Shown here in pieces: positions 38,342 to 47,965 of a stretch of DNA of 64,000 nt (position 1 is the stretch's first letter; the number at the start of each line of letters is the position of its first letter). The DNA is from a virus. Taxonomy: Duplodnaviria; Caudoviricetes. The stretch spans positions 96,001-160,000 of IMG/VR virus record IMGVR_UViG_3300029288_000066; one strand, given 5' to 3'. The notes under the pieces were generated by a model. That model ran no database searches, had not been told where the DNA came from, and saw nothing but the letters and a program-made list of their open reading frames with translations. Made by a program: the position numbers and the translations under genes.

Positions 38342-39457
38342 TTATATCAAAAACTTCGAATAATTTTTTAGCTCTTCCCAGAACTCATCTCCACCTTCAC
38401 TATCATAATAATAAGTCGTTAAAGCATGGTGATAAATTTTGTTAGAATTGGAGCTGCTTATGTTATGAAAAATCTCTTCCGCTATCTGTTCTCCATACCA
38501 ATCATACTTTGGGTTACAATACTCAGTTACAACATTCTTGTTTGGAAACAAATTTATCGCTTGAGATACAATTTTATGTCTTGCTTCCAAACTCATATTC
38601 TTTGCTCTACCGACCCAATATTTAAAGAACTCATCTGGATTATAAATTATTTTTATAGAATTGTTTCCTTCTTCGTTCTTATACATTAAGAGGTTTTCGT
38701 TAAATCTTCTGACAAAATCCTTTTTTACAGCATCAAAAAGATTTAAAACAGAATCAAGTTGAAAATACTGTACACTTAAAAAGTCTCTAAAAACGGATAA
38801 TTTATTTAATTCTTTTAATACCTCGTCATGTGATTTAGCGCCAAGTTTTAGTTTAATGTTTTCCATTTGATTATATGCTTCATGAACCCTGGCATTTACT
38901 TCTTGCGGCAAACTCAAATAAAAAATATTCATGAAATTTTTTAATTCTCTTATATCTCCCAAATAACGTAACTTTTCCATTTCATTTCTAGCCTTATATA
39001 AAGCCTTTGAATAGCCGTTGGTATCAGTATCAACTATATATTGGAATGCATGAAATAGTTCATGAGAAAAGACCTTTTCAATGCTGCCCGTTAAATCAGT
39101 TTTATAATCCCAGTTTATTATATAAATTTCAAAATCTGCAGAATATCTAAACTCACTTTTAATAAAATCTTGCTTCAAATTCATAAACCTACCTGAGACA
39201 CAATTCTTTTGTTTATTGTCTTCTTTGCTTGGGATTATCCGTATATCAATGTTCCATATCTTAGATATTTTTCTATCTTCTGGAGGCAACTCCTTCTGTA
39301 TACGTAGGTTGTCATAACTATATAATTCTCTCTTCTCTTCTTGGAATTTGTTTAACAATATCTCCATTATCATCTTTGCGTACCTATTCGACACATCATC
39401 CAACGGAAAATAGTGACCAAGAACTTCTCTGATTAATTTTCTTATTTTGTTTTCCAT
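38342..39457 (-). CDS. Zincin-like metallopeptidase, putative virion-packaged
   Basis: IRKLIRE tag; HELFH...EVNAR. Confidence 0.65.
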   Translation of the reverse strand: MENKIRKLIREVLGHYFPLDDVSNRYAKMIMEILLNKFQEEKRELYSYDNLRIQKELPPEDRKISKIWNIDIRIIPSKEDNKQKNCVSGRFMNLKQDFIKSEFRYSADFEIYIINWDYKTDLTGSIEKVFSHELFHAFQYIVDTDTNGYSKALYKARNEMEKLRYLGDIRELKNFMNIFYLSLPQEVNARVHEAYNQMENIKLKLGAKSHDEVLKELNKLSVFRDFLSVQYFQLDSVLNLFDAVKKDFVRRFNENLLMYKNEEGNNSIKIIYNPDEFFKYWVGRAKNMSLEARHKIVSQAINLFPNKNVVTEYCNPKYDWYGEQIAEEIFHNISSSNSNKIYHHALTTYYYDSEGGDEFWEELKNYSKFLI

Positions 39458-39489
39458 GTTCCTTGTTCCTTTTAATAATAAATATTGGC

Positions 39490-39714
39490 TTAAAAATAAA
39501 AAAAGCCTCTACGATTGTAAAGGCTTTTTTCAATTTTATTCTCATACTCCTTCTGCAGTTCTTCCAATATCGGCGCAATCACTTTACAAGGACCACAATA
39601 ATCGGCATAAAAGTCCAATATTATAGGCTTTTCGCCTTCAAACTTCCAATCATCATTGTTGCTGAAATTCTTAACTTTTTCTTCGAAAGCTTCTTTTGTT
39701 AAATGTTCTATCAT
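39490..39714 (-). pseudogene. Truncated thioredoxin
   Basis: IILDFYADYCGPCK..APILEEL then runs into terminator hairpin; C-terminal half missing. Confidence 0.65.
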
Positions 39715-39772
39715 GGGTTTAAATTTTGTACAAATATAATGAAAACACAGAATAAAGCAAAGAAGATTAGCT

Positions 39773-40840
39773 TTATTTAACCTGATTGGTCTTCCACGCC
39801 TTGTATTCATCAGAATCGTAGTCATGTGCCATATAATGTTTATCTCCAAAGTCTTTTGGGTGCACCGCAGGAATTTCTTCAATAGAAACCTTTGACATAG
39901 CGTTTTTAAACAACCCTATTGAATGGTGTCCAAAGTTGCCTTCGCTTTCTATTTGTGCATGGTCAGGAATTTTTATTCCATCATATCCTGCTTCCTCTAC
40001 TTTTCTAAAAAGTTCTACTTTGTGATAATCTGGGTCAAGAAGACTAGCTTCTCTTGTGCCACCTGCAGTATAATCAAATATTTTCAAATTTTCTTTGGGT
40101 GTAATTATAAAAAGTCTTCCTTGGTGCCTATAATCAGCTGGTAAAACTTTTTCTTCTCCACCATTATATTCAACCTTTAACTTCCAAGAATTACTCCCCC
40201 TATATGAGTCTACTTCTCTAGGCTCGTATCCAAGTTCGGCAAGCTTTTCGTTTACGTATTTGTTTTTTTTCTTTTCAATATCATTTGCAAAATATTCTTT
40301 TTTTGCCTGTTCTATTTTATCTTTTAATTCAATTTCTTGACGTATTTCTTCATTTTTTTCTTCGGGTGATAAACTTGGCCATTTTACAGAAAGCTCTTTT
40401 TTAAATTTTTCGAACACATCCATCAATTTGTTATATTTATTCCATGATTCATAATAAGCATCTGAAATTCCATTGAACACGGGTGCTTCTTTATAAGATT
40501 CAACATGTGAATTTCCAACAACATCTGAATACTCTATTCCAAATTGTTTTTGTATTGATATTGTTTCTCTTCTTGTTGAAGGTTTTGAAAGATACTCTGT
40601 GTTTGTATAAATGGACATGCCAGCAACAGGAATATAGCTTTGAGAAATCGCAGATTGTTCAGTTGTCCAAAAAACCCCATCATATCCGCCTGGTCTTGAT
40701 TTATTATAATCAAATTCCTCTCCAGTTCCATGAAACAATTTGTGCCCAGCAGGAATTGTTAAGTCATCAGTAGAGTCCGATTCTTTTAATAGACCAGCAA
40801 GCTTCTGAATTCTATGCCTATATGATTCTGATAAGTTCAT
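39773..40840 (-). CDS. ADP-ribosyltransferase-like protein with coiled-coil insert
   Basis: LSESY tag; LFHGT, GVFWT, GYDGI. Confidence 0.55.
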   Translation of the reverse strand: MNLSESYRHRIQKLAGLLKESDSTDDLTIPAGHKLFHGTGEEFDYNKSRPGGYDGVFWTTEQSAISQSYIPVAGMSIYTNTEYLSKPSTRRETISIQKQFGIEYSDVVGNSHVESYKEAPVFNGISDAYYESWNKYNKLMDVFEKFKKELSVKWPSLSPEEKNEEIRQEIELKDKIEQAKKEYFANDIEKKKNKYVNEKLAELGYEPREVDSYRGSNSWKLKVEYNGGEEKVLPADYRHQGRLFIITPKENLKIFDYTAGGTREASLLDPDYHKVELFRKVEEAGYDGIKIPDHAQIESEGNFGHHSIGLFKNAMSKVSIEEIPAVHPKDFGDKHYMAHDYDSDEYKAWKTNQVK

Positions 40841-41412
40841 TATTTATCATCTTCCTTTAATAATTTCAACTCATTCTCCACCGATTTCTTTTCCGATTCT
40901 AACATTATTTTTTTATGAAAAGTTATAACTTCTTTCTCTACAAACTCTAACAAATTACCTGACTCGTTTAATCCCATACGTTCTTCAAAATGTTCTTTTA
41001 ATTTCCAATAATTTTCTTTAAAGAAATCTAGAAAAGCTTCCTTTCCTTCATAAATGGTTTTTCCATCATCTCCAAAGACTTTTGCGTTTTCTAATTTCAT
41101 ATTCCACTCAGGAGATTCTACCTGTGGAGGAATTGCCTGGTCTACGGTTGCTCCCATTACAGCTGGTGTGTAAGAACCAGAACTGGTTATGTCAAAATCT
41201 ATATATAATTCAGCACCATATGGAAAGTTTTTATCATTTGACCCAATTATAACGTGAATTTTCCCAATTGAAAAATCTATGTCTGGAGTTTCTATGTACT
41301 CAAACCCGTTTTCTTTTATGTTGGAAACTAATTGCTGCGCAATATTAATATCTCCCACAGATTCTGTCAAAATCTTAAAAACTTCTTTGCGAATAATTTG
41401 CCTTACATCCAT
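40840..41412 (-). CDS. Hypothetical late protein with IIRKEV tag
   Basis: ORF track; TATTTATA promoter. Confidence 0.65.
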   Translation of the reverse strand: MDVRQIIRKEVFKILTESVGDINIAQQLVSNIKENGFEYIETPDIDFSIGKIHVIIGSNDKNFPYGAELYIDFDITSSGSYTPAVMGATVDQAIPPQVESPEWNMKLENAKVFGDDGKTIYEGKEAFLDFFKENYWKLKEHFEERMGLNESGNLLEFVEKEVITFHKKIMLESEKKSVENELKLLKEDDK

Positions 41413-41467
41413 AACTGTTATTTTCTATATAAATAGGAAAAAAAACCCGATTCCTATTCGATTCTGT

Positions 41468-41555
41468 TACAAAGAAAAACCCCCACGTCTTTCGACGAAG
41501 GGGAACTTTTAGTTTTTCTAATCGGGCTCTATCGTATGATGAAGCGCAATCTAAT
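41468..41555 (-). ncRNA. Putative sRNA (about 85 nt)
   Basis: AAC-N16-CGTATA promoter at 41560-41584, own terminator, no ORF. Confidence 0.5.
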
Positions 41556-41596
41556 AATGTATACGTAATAGTTTTAGGAAAGTTACAATTATTAGC

Positions 41597-41768
41597 AAAA
41601 AGAAACCCCCGCATCTCGTAAATACGGGGGAAACTTTCGTTTGTCGCAGGGGTTTAGCCCACTAGCTTCAAGCTTTCATCTAGGACGCACGGATTAAAAA
41701 AACACTGACCTTATCTGAAGGGTAAACGAGTTTTACCAGGAGTTTCCTAATCACAAAACAGAATCTTC
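41597..41768 (-). ncRNA. Putative sRNA (about 170 nt)
   Basis: AAC-N16-CGTATAA promoter at 41773-41798, terminator CCCCCGTAT/ATGCGGGGG, GC-richer, no ORF. Confidence 0.55.
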
Positions 41769-41941
41769 AAACTTATACGCAAACTTTTAAAAAAAGTTTC
41801 AATTTTATTTATTTATTAACGCAATTAGTTTTTTCGTTGCGTCATATGTACGAAAATAAAACCACCAATATTTATGATGGCCTTCAAAGATTTTCATTTT
41901 GTGATAATATATATCAATTTTCATAATTCAAAATTTATTTG

Positions 41942-42025
41942 TAGCTAAGAAAGGACTCGAACCTTCAAATTCTTACGAATCACGGTTTCTGAAACCGCTG
42001 CGTCAACCATTTGCGCCACTTAGCC
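41942..42025 (-). tRNA. tRNA-Leu(CAG)
   Basis: GCGGT-TTCAGAA-ACCGT, long variable arm. Confidence 0.9.
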
Positions 42026-42224
42026 ATTTATTATTCTATTCACAAAGTCAAAAAGTTCCATTCCTCTTATGAATTTATCTTTTGCTTCTTTATATGTCGG
42101 CGCATTAGTCACTGCTCCCCCACTCCATTGTACGATATTCCAACACCATCTTCATCTTGAACAATTAATACATCCCATTTTTCTATTTTCTCAACTCTAA
42201 TTTTCATAATTCAAAAATTATTTG

Positions 42225-42309
42225 TGACATCGGAGGAAGTCGAATCCTCATGAGTATTAACTCGATAGCCCCTCAAGCTATTGCGTATAACCAATTTCGC
42301 CACGATGCC
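42225..42309 (-). tRNA. tRNA-Leu(GAG)
   Basis: ATAGC-TTGAGGG-GCTAT, long variable arm. Confidence 0.9.
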
Positions 42310-42315
42310 ATTTTG

Positions 42316-42397
42316 TACCCCAAGAAAGACTCGAACTTTCACACCTTTCAGTACCAGGTTTTGAATCTGGGTCGGCTACCATTTTCGACATTGGGGC
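42316..42397 (-). tRNA. tRNA-Leu(CAA)
   Basis: CCAGA-TTCAAAA-CCTGG, long variable arm. Confidence 0.88.
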
Positions 42398-43267
42398 TTA
42401 TTTAAAAATTTTTTTTAATCTTATTAATTCTTTTATAACTTCTTCAGATTCTTTAGTTTTATGTTTGTTTTCAAATAATTCTATTTTTTTTAATAATTTT
42501 TTCAAACTTATTTGCGACTTTACACCCTTAGATTGATTTTTTATGTGTGGCACTAATCTACAATTCGCTGGATGTCTTATTATTATAGGATTTATTCCAA
42601 TTAAAAACCCATCTTTGACTGAAAAAACATGGTCTCTACTAACTCCTTTTAAATTATTCTTCTTATTTGTTGGACTATACCATCCGATTTCTTTAATAAG
42701 TTTTATATTAAATTCTTCTGGAAACATATTTAATGAAAATTTAAATTCACATTCTGCTCTGTAAAATTTATAATATTTTACCTTACATGATTCGCAAATT
42801 GTCTTAAACCCAAAAACTTCACCTCCTTTGCAAATTTTACAATATCTCATTTTTTTCTCCACGGGTTTCTTTTTATTTATTGCTTTTTTTATTTTTCTAC
42901 AATCCTCGCAAATTGCATTATTTAGAGAAGCTCTTTTGTTTATCAGAAGTTCTTTTTCACACTTCTTACAATAGGCCTTTTTTGTTTCTGAATAATTTAT
43001 TTTTCTCAGCTTATTGTTAAATGATGCTGAACAGGATTTAGAACAAAATATTTTATTTTCACTTTTCAAACTTTCAAAAATACTACCACAATTTTTACAA
43101 TTATTATGAACTTTACTTTCTTTTATTAAAGAAATTTTTAATCTGTGGAATTTTAACTGTACCGATTTTTTAGTTCTACCAATAGTTTTAGCTATTTCAT
43201 TACATGAAATATTGGATTTTGCCAACTCAACAATTTTATCTATTTCTTTTGTATCCCATTTTTTCAT
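42398..43267 (-). CDS. HNH homing endonuclease with HTH and zinc fingers
   Basis: SRDHVFS...HPANC...N.SK; CxxC motifs. Confidence 0.8.
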   Translation of the reverse strand: MKKWDTKEIDKIVELAKSNISCNEIAKTIGRTKKSVQLKFHRLKISLIKESKVHNNCKNCGSIFESLKSENKIFCSKSCSASFNNKLRKINYSETKKAYCKKCEKELLINKRASLNNAICEDCRKIKKAINKKKPVEKKMRYCKICKGGEVFGFKTICESCKVKYYKFYRAECEFKFSLNMFPEEFNIKLIKEIGWYSPTNKKNNLKGVSRDHVFSVKDGFLIGINPIIIRHPANCRLVPHIKNQSKGVKSQISLKKLLKKIELFENKHKTKESEEVIKELIRLKKIFK

Positions 43268-43342
43268 ACTATTTTTATTTATAAATAGTATAAAAAAAGA
43301 GTATTACAACCTTTTCGAACCTAAATTTCAAAGAACTTTTTG

Positions 43343-43416
43343 TACTCTACCTCGGACTCGAACCGAGAAAATCATGAGCCTAAATCATGTGGATATACCA
43401 ATTCTCCTAGTAGAGT
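43343..43416 (-). tRNA. tRNA-Leu(TAG), short variable loop
   Basis: CATGA-TTTAGGC-TCATG. Confidence 0.85.
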
Positions 43417-43421
43417 GTTTG

Positions 43422-43492
43422 AGGTCAGCAACGGAATCGAACCGTTCTATATGGGTTTGCAATCCACAACTTAACCAATCAGACAGCTGACC
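43422..43492 (-). tRNA. tRNA-Cys(GCA)
   Basis: Loop TTGCAAA, U73 discriminator. Confidence 0.85.
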
Positions 43493-43501
43493 TTATTTTT
43501 G

Positions 43502-43590
43502 TACCCCAGGAGAGACTTGAACTCTCACGCTACTATTATTTCGCCTCGGATTTTAAGTCCGATATGTACTACCAATTTCATCACTGGGGC
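43502..43590 (-). tRNA. tRNA-Leu(TAA)
   Basis: TCGGA-CTTAAAA-TCCGA. Confidence 0.9.
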
Positions 43591-43596
43591 ATAAAT

Positions 43597-43737
43597 AATC
43601 AAGGGAAAATTTGAAAAAGTGTAACCCTTTCGGGATGGCGGGATTTGAACCCGCAATGACCTTTCGGTCACCAGATTTTTAGTCTAGTGTCTGTACCAGT
43701 TCGACAACGAAGTAACTTTTTCGATTGCCACTTGATT
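43597..43737 (-). ncRNA. Scaffold (Y-RNA-like) ncRNA 1 carrying Leu-type tRNA body
   Basis: GTGGCAATCGAAAAAGTTACTTCG...CACTTTTTCAAATTTTCCC enclosing D, anticodon (loop CTAAAAA), variable and T arms. Confidence 0.7.
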
Positions 43738-43765
43738 TTATTTTCAATATTTTAAAGAACGATGT

Positions 43766-43806
43766 AAAAAGAAAAAGGGAGCTAGTTTTTCAACTGCTCC
43801 CTTTTT
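43766..43806 (-). terminator. Attenuator terminator, Leu/Cys operon
   Basis: GGGAGCAGTT-GAAA-AACTAGCTCCC + TTTTTCTTTTT; 5' arm complementary to AATTGCTCCC in leader. Confidence 0.88.
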
Positions 43807-43826
43807 AAGTTTGGTTTATCTCGCAT

Positions 43827-43907
43827 TTACGCAAAATCATACCACGTCAACTTGCTTTGGGAGCAATTGGCTAGTAAGAGGCATAAACACAAAGATATAG
43901 TTTTCAT
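43827..43907 (-). CDS. Attenuator leader peptide MKTISLCLCLLLANCSQSKLTWYDFA
   Basis: TTG TGT TTA TGC CTC TTA CTA run. Confidence 0.85.
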   Translation of the reverse strand: MKTISLCLCLLLANCSQSKLTWYDFA

Positions 43908-43920
43908 AATATATTTCTTT

Positions 43921-43985
43921 CTATTAAATAGTTCAATTTTTTACTTTCTACGCAAAGATACAAAAAAAGTTACATTAAATGCAAG
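43921..43985 (-). promoter_or_regulatory. tRNA-operon tandem promoter repeat, copy 2
   Basis: Near-identical to 22151-22216. Confidence 0.8.
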
Positions 43986-43995
43986 TTTTTTTCAT

Positions 43996-44607
43996 TTATT
44001 TTTTAAATAGCTGATTTACAATCTCTTCTTTTATTATATTTTTAATGATTTTTCTAGCCTCTTCAGTATTTCCATTTTTTTCTACACTTATAATCTCTAC
44101 ATTTTCTGGATTATAAACTATACAGTGATAAACTTTATCAACATCATTGAACTCGAACCCTTTTTTATATAATAACATAGCATCATAGCCCAACTTGCTC
44201 ATTGCACGCATAAACGCCTGGGGTGCTCCGTTATATTGTTCTACCCTTAAAGAGTGCCACACCTCATCCTCTGTATCACTATATTTTATTGCTTCATTTA
44301 TAGCCATTAACTTATCTGTTTCTATATCAGAACTCCAATTATTCGCATAATCTTCATCACTTATCATATCAAGAAACTTCTTCAAATCTCTTCTGTTTGC
44401 TTTAGAAGCGGACTTCATATTTGTTATTACTTTTCTTGGAGCTAAATTCACAGTATATGTAAGTTTTCCCCACATTGCAGCATTTTCTTTAGAATTTGTA
44501 AAATATATTCCAGGACCTTCAGCGTCAGGGACTCCAATTTTCCCTGCAAACTCATCTGAGAACTTCTCTATTTTAGAATTTGAACCGTGATAAAAGACTC
44601 CATTCAT
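43996..44607 (-). CDS. ADP-ribosyltransferase-like protein (ART-PolyVal-like)
   Basis: FYHGS, GPGIYFT, GYDA. Confidence 0.6.
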   Translation of the reverse strand: MNGVFYHGSNSKIEKFSDEFAGKIGVPDAEGPGIYFTNSKENAAMWGKLTYTVNLAPRKVITNMKSASKANRRDLKKFLDMISDEDYANNWSSDIETDKLMAINEAIKYSDTEDEVWHSLRVEQYNGAPQAFMRAMSKLGYDAMLLYKKGFEFNDVDKVYHCIVYNPENVEIISVEKNGNTEEARKIIKNIIKEEIVNQLFKK

Positions 44608-44689
44608 TTAAACTAATTTTTAATATAAATATCAAAAAATTTTTTTAAAAAACAATATTTTTTTTCTATTTATAAAAAACTATAAAGCC

Positions 44690-47600
44690 ATGTTAATAAA
44701 AAACAATAAAGCACACGCAGCAACTTTTTATTATAAAGTTGGGGGAAAAATCTTTCATGTTAAAATTCCTGGATACGTAACAGTTGAAATTCCAGATTTA
44801 ACAAGTACTTCTCAAATTGTATCAAACACTTCTGACCGTAGAATAAGACACATAGAGGATAAATTTGGATATAACTTTGAGACTACTTTTGAGGAACCGA
44901 ATGACCCAGATTTTCCAACATTTTCTATCGTTTCGTCAACATCATCGTTGGGTACAATCCATCCACTTGGAACAAGTAAAATTGCACAAGGAGAAAGTGT
45001 TACTTATACAATGACACCATCAACCTTAGAGTCCTTTCAATTAACTGCTGCTACCACTTATCCAGCATATGGAATAATTAGTCCCAGTGGAAGCTCTTTA
45101 AATGCATCTGGATGCTGTTACTTAAGTGCGTTTGTAGTAGATGGAGCAAGCGCTATAAGTGCTATTACTGGTAATCTTAGTGCAGCTACAACATATCAAT
45201 TCGCTCACGTATTTGCAACACACACAATTGCTTCTACTTTTTACTTGGCACAAAACACATTGTTTACAATGACACCAACAGCAGCTCCTGAATATAGAGT
45301 GTCAGCACATACTACAAATGAACCTTGTGGAACGCTATCTCCAAGTGGGAGCACTGTATATACATCGAATTTTTACTATCTACGTAGCTTTTTAATTGAT
45401 GGTTCGGAAAAAGTCAGTGACGTTACTGGAACAACAAGTGGAGTAACAACTTATTTGTTACATCCAGACACAAACCATTATATAAATCCAATTTTTTCAT
45501 ACGTGCAAGACGTGCCAAGATTCTCAATGACGCCCACAGCCACTGGATATTTAATAACTGCACATACAACAAATCCAAATTATGGGTCTATTACCCCAAG
45601 TGGAAGCTCAATTGGAACACTAAATTATAATTACCTTTCAAGCCTTCTCATTGATTCAGTTGAACAAATCAGTGGAATTACAGGGAATCCTACCGCATCT
45701 ACTCTTTATAATTTATCTATTGATAAAAGCTATGACTTTAATCCAGTATTTAGCCAAGTTCAAACTATTAAAAACTTTACATTGGCACCAACAGCAGCTC
45801 CTGGATACACTTTGTCTGCATGGTCTACAAACCAATCTTTAGGAGCTATTTCGCCAAGTGGAAGTACAATATATACATCAAACTTCTATTATCTATCAAG
45901 CCTTTTTGTTGATGCTGTTCAGAGGATTGCTAATGTTACTGGGACAACAAGCGCTAATACAACTTATGATTTAGCTGTTACAACAAACCACGATGTTAAC
46001 CCAACCTTTAGCTATTCTAGTGATACCAAAACGTTCACAATAACGCCAACAGCGGCTCCTGGATATTTATTAAATGTTCACACAACAGGCACAGCAGATG
46101 GTTCTATTACACCAAGCGGAAGTTCCGTTGGCACAGCAAACTATTATTATTTATCAAGTTTCTTGTTAGATTCAACTGAACAAATTAGTGGAATTACAGG
46201 GACAGCTCCATATAGCTCAACTTCAACTTATGATTTAACCGTTTCTGCAGCACATAAAGTTAATCCTGTATTCACTCAATTCTTAGATACCAAAACTTTC
46301 ACATTAAGCTCAGCTGCCACATTCTTAGTATCGGCTGTAACTTTAGGAAACTCTGGAGGTACAATAACTCCAAGTGGAATGTCAATAACAGCAGATGCTT
46401 ATTTACGCAACTTCTTTGTTGATGGTGATGATAAAGTAGCTCAAATTCCTGGAACAACTTATAACTTGACAGTAACAGGAAATAATGACGTCAATCCTGT
46501 GTTTAGTAGAAACAACACTACCATTACGATGACGCCAGAACGTTATTTTGCAGTAACATCATTTACATTAGATGGTGTAAGCAAAATTGGCGACATTGTG
46601 TCAAATGTTTATACAGGAATAAGCACATCTGGTTTAGTAGAAGTTTTGTTCTCTGAATATGTTCACTGGGAAGAAATGGATAGCTCGCTCAATGGAAGAG
46701 TTTACACCATTCAATTTAGCGGAAGCGATTTATACATTGGAGGAGCATTCTATGATACTATGATGATAGTCAACATGCCAAACAATATCGGAAAATGGAA
46801 CGGAACAAGATTTGTAAACGTCGGAGATTCATCTTCCTTTGGAGCACAATTCGGAATTGTTTATTCTATAGCATTTTCTGGAACAGATGTGTATGCAGCA
46901 GTATCTGATGCTAGTAGCAATTATTATGTTTCCAAATATGATGGAGCAAGTTGGACAAAGTTGGGTGGAAATTTTAATAATCCTGTTCGTGCTATTACTT
47001 TTTCTGGAACTGCCCTGTATGCAGGTGGTGGTTTTACCGCTAACGATGCGACTGCAATGACTGGACTATCTAGATGGGATGGAGCAAGTTGGTCAGAGGT
47101 CGGAGGCGGACTTTTAAATATTTCAGAAGGCGCACAAACTGTTTATTGTTTAGCTGTTTCTGGAACTAATTTATATGTTGGGGGAGACTTTACGACTGCT
47201 AATGGTACAACCACTTCTGCTAGAGGACTTGTTAAATGGGATGGAGAAAATTGGAGCGAAATTGGAAGTGGAGTAACAGTTGGATATACTCCAAAAGTTA
47301 TATGCATGGAACTTGCTAATGACAATATATATGTTGGAGGGACATTTATATCTGTTAGTGGTGGAACAATCGGCATAAGTGGAATTACCAAATGGGACGG
47401 AGTTAAGTGGAACGCAATTGGAGAAGGTATAGCAGCAGAAGCCCAAGTTTCGTCTATAAGAGTTAAAGGAACCGATGTATATGCTGGAGGTTATTTTACA
47501 AGAGTTAGTGGGACAACAATTCCAGTTAATTACCTTGCTAAGTTTGATGGTTCTAATTGGAGTGGTGTTGGTGACGGTACTGGTGGATTTATTGAAAACG

Positions 47601-47707
47601 GTGCAATGGCAATTTATAGCAATAGCTTGTATGTTGGAGGAGAATTTACGACAGTCAGTGCAACAACAATTGCAGCAAAATACCTAGCAAAATACAGGCC
47701 TATTTAA
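44690..47707 (+). CDS. Large S/T-rich fibre/adhesin-like virion protein: Ig-like (TPSG) repeats + C-terminal beta-propeller
   Basis: About 6 repeats of G.I(S/T)PSG...YLSS..VD; LYVGG.F...KWDG..W repeats; TATTTATA promoter. Confidence 0.7.
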   Translation: MLIKNNKAHAATFYYKVGGKIFHVKIPGYVTVEIPDLTSTSQIVSNTSDRRIRHIEDKFGYNFETTFEEPNDPDFPTFSIVSSTSSLGTIHPLGTSKIAQGESVTYTMTPSTLESFQLTAATTYPAYGIISPSGSSLNASGCCYLSAFVVDGASAISAITGNLSAATTYQFAHVFATHTIASTFYLAQNTLFTMTPTAAPEYRVSAHTTNEPCGTLSPSGSTVYTSNFYYLRSFLIDGSEKVSDVTGTTSGVTTYLLHPDTNHYINPIFSYVQDVPRFSMTPTATGYLITAHTTNPNYGSITPSGSSIGTLNYNYLSSLLIDSVEQISGITGNPTASTLYNLSIDKSYDFNPVFSQVQTIKNFTLAPTAAPGYTLSAWSTNQSLGAISPSGSTIYTSNFYYLSSLFVDAVQRIANVTGTTSANTTYDLAVTTNHDVNPTFSYSSDTKTFTITPTAAPGYLLNVHTTGTADGSITPSGSSVGTANYYYLSSFLLDSTEQISGITGTAPYSSTSTYDLTVSAAHKVNPVFTQFLDTKTFTLSSAATFLVSAVTLGNSGGTITPSGMSITADAYLRNFFVDGDDKVAQIPGTTYNLTVTGNNDVNPVFSRNNTTITMTPERYFAVTSFTLDGVSKIGDIVSNVYTGISTSGLVEVLFSEYVHWEEMDSSLNGRVYTIQFSGSDLYIGGAFYDTMMIVNMPNNIGKWNGTRFVNVGDSSSFGAQFGIVYSIAFSGTDVYAAVSDASSNYYVSKYDGASWTKLGGNFNNPVRAITFSGTALYAGGGFTANDATAMTGLSRWDGASWSEVGGGLLNISEGAQTVYCLAVSGTNLYVGGDFTTANGTTTSARGLVKWDGENWSEIGSGVTVGYTPKVICMELANDNIYVGGTFISVSGGTIGISGITKWDGVKWNAIGEGIAAEAQVSSIRVKGTDVYAGGYFTRVSGTTIPVNYLAKFDGSNWSGVGDGTGGFIENGAMAIYSNSLYVGGEFTTVSATTIAAKYLAKYRPI

Positions 47708-47726
47708 TCAAGAACATCAACAAATA

Positions 47727-47752
47727 AAAAGGGACTTCACAGTCCCTTTTTT
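47727..47752. terminator. Bidirectional intrinsic terminator
   Basis: AAAAGGGACT-TCAC-AGTCCCTTTTTT between convergent genes. Confidence 0.8.
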
Positions 47753-47963
47753 ACATCTTGCACTTAAAGTAAATGAATGCCCAAACCGTCCAAACAAAAC
47801 TGACCAAAGCAATAGTTAAACAAATAGAAAATGACGGATGTGGGTTGCTTTTACACATTTCCGCTCCAAAAAAACCAACAGCAAATCCTGGAATTATAAA
47901 AGCCGCTTCTAGTACATCTTTAAAAGCATTTCTCTTAAATAAAAAATCTATAATCTTTTTCAT
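47751..47963 (-). CDS. Small membrane protein
   Basis: Two hydrophobic segments. Confidence 0.6.
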   Translation of the reverse strand: MKKIIDFLFKRNAFKDVLEAAFIIPGFAVGFFGAEMCKSNPHPSFSICLTIALVSFVWTVWAFIYFKCKM

Positions 47964-47965
47964 GT

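Noticed and set aside
41597-41768. Known riboswitch (e.g. SAM-II)
   Set aside because: No convincing aptamer consensus and no adjacent downstream ORF
42020-42207. Frameshifted HicB-like mini gene between Leu tRNAs
   Set aside because: Only a weak by-eye resemblance across two frames; not supportable
43597-43737. Ordinary tRNA-Phe(AAA) or Leu gene
   Set aside because: No proper acceptor stem or free 3' end; embedded in the shared scaffold
44690-47707. Diversity-generating retroelement target
   Set aside because: Repeats differ at all bases, not only adenines; no reverse transcriptase in window
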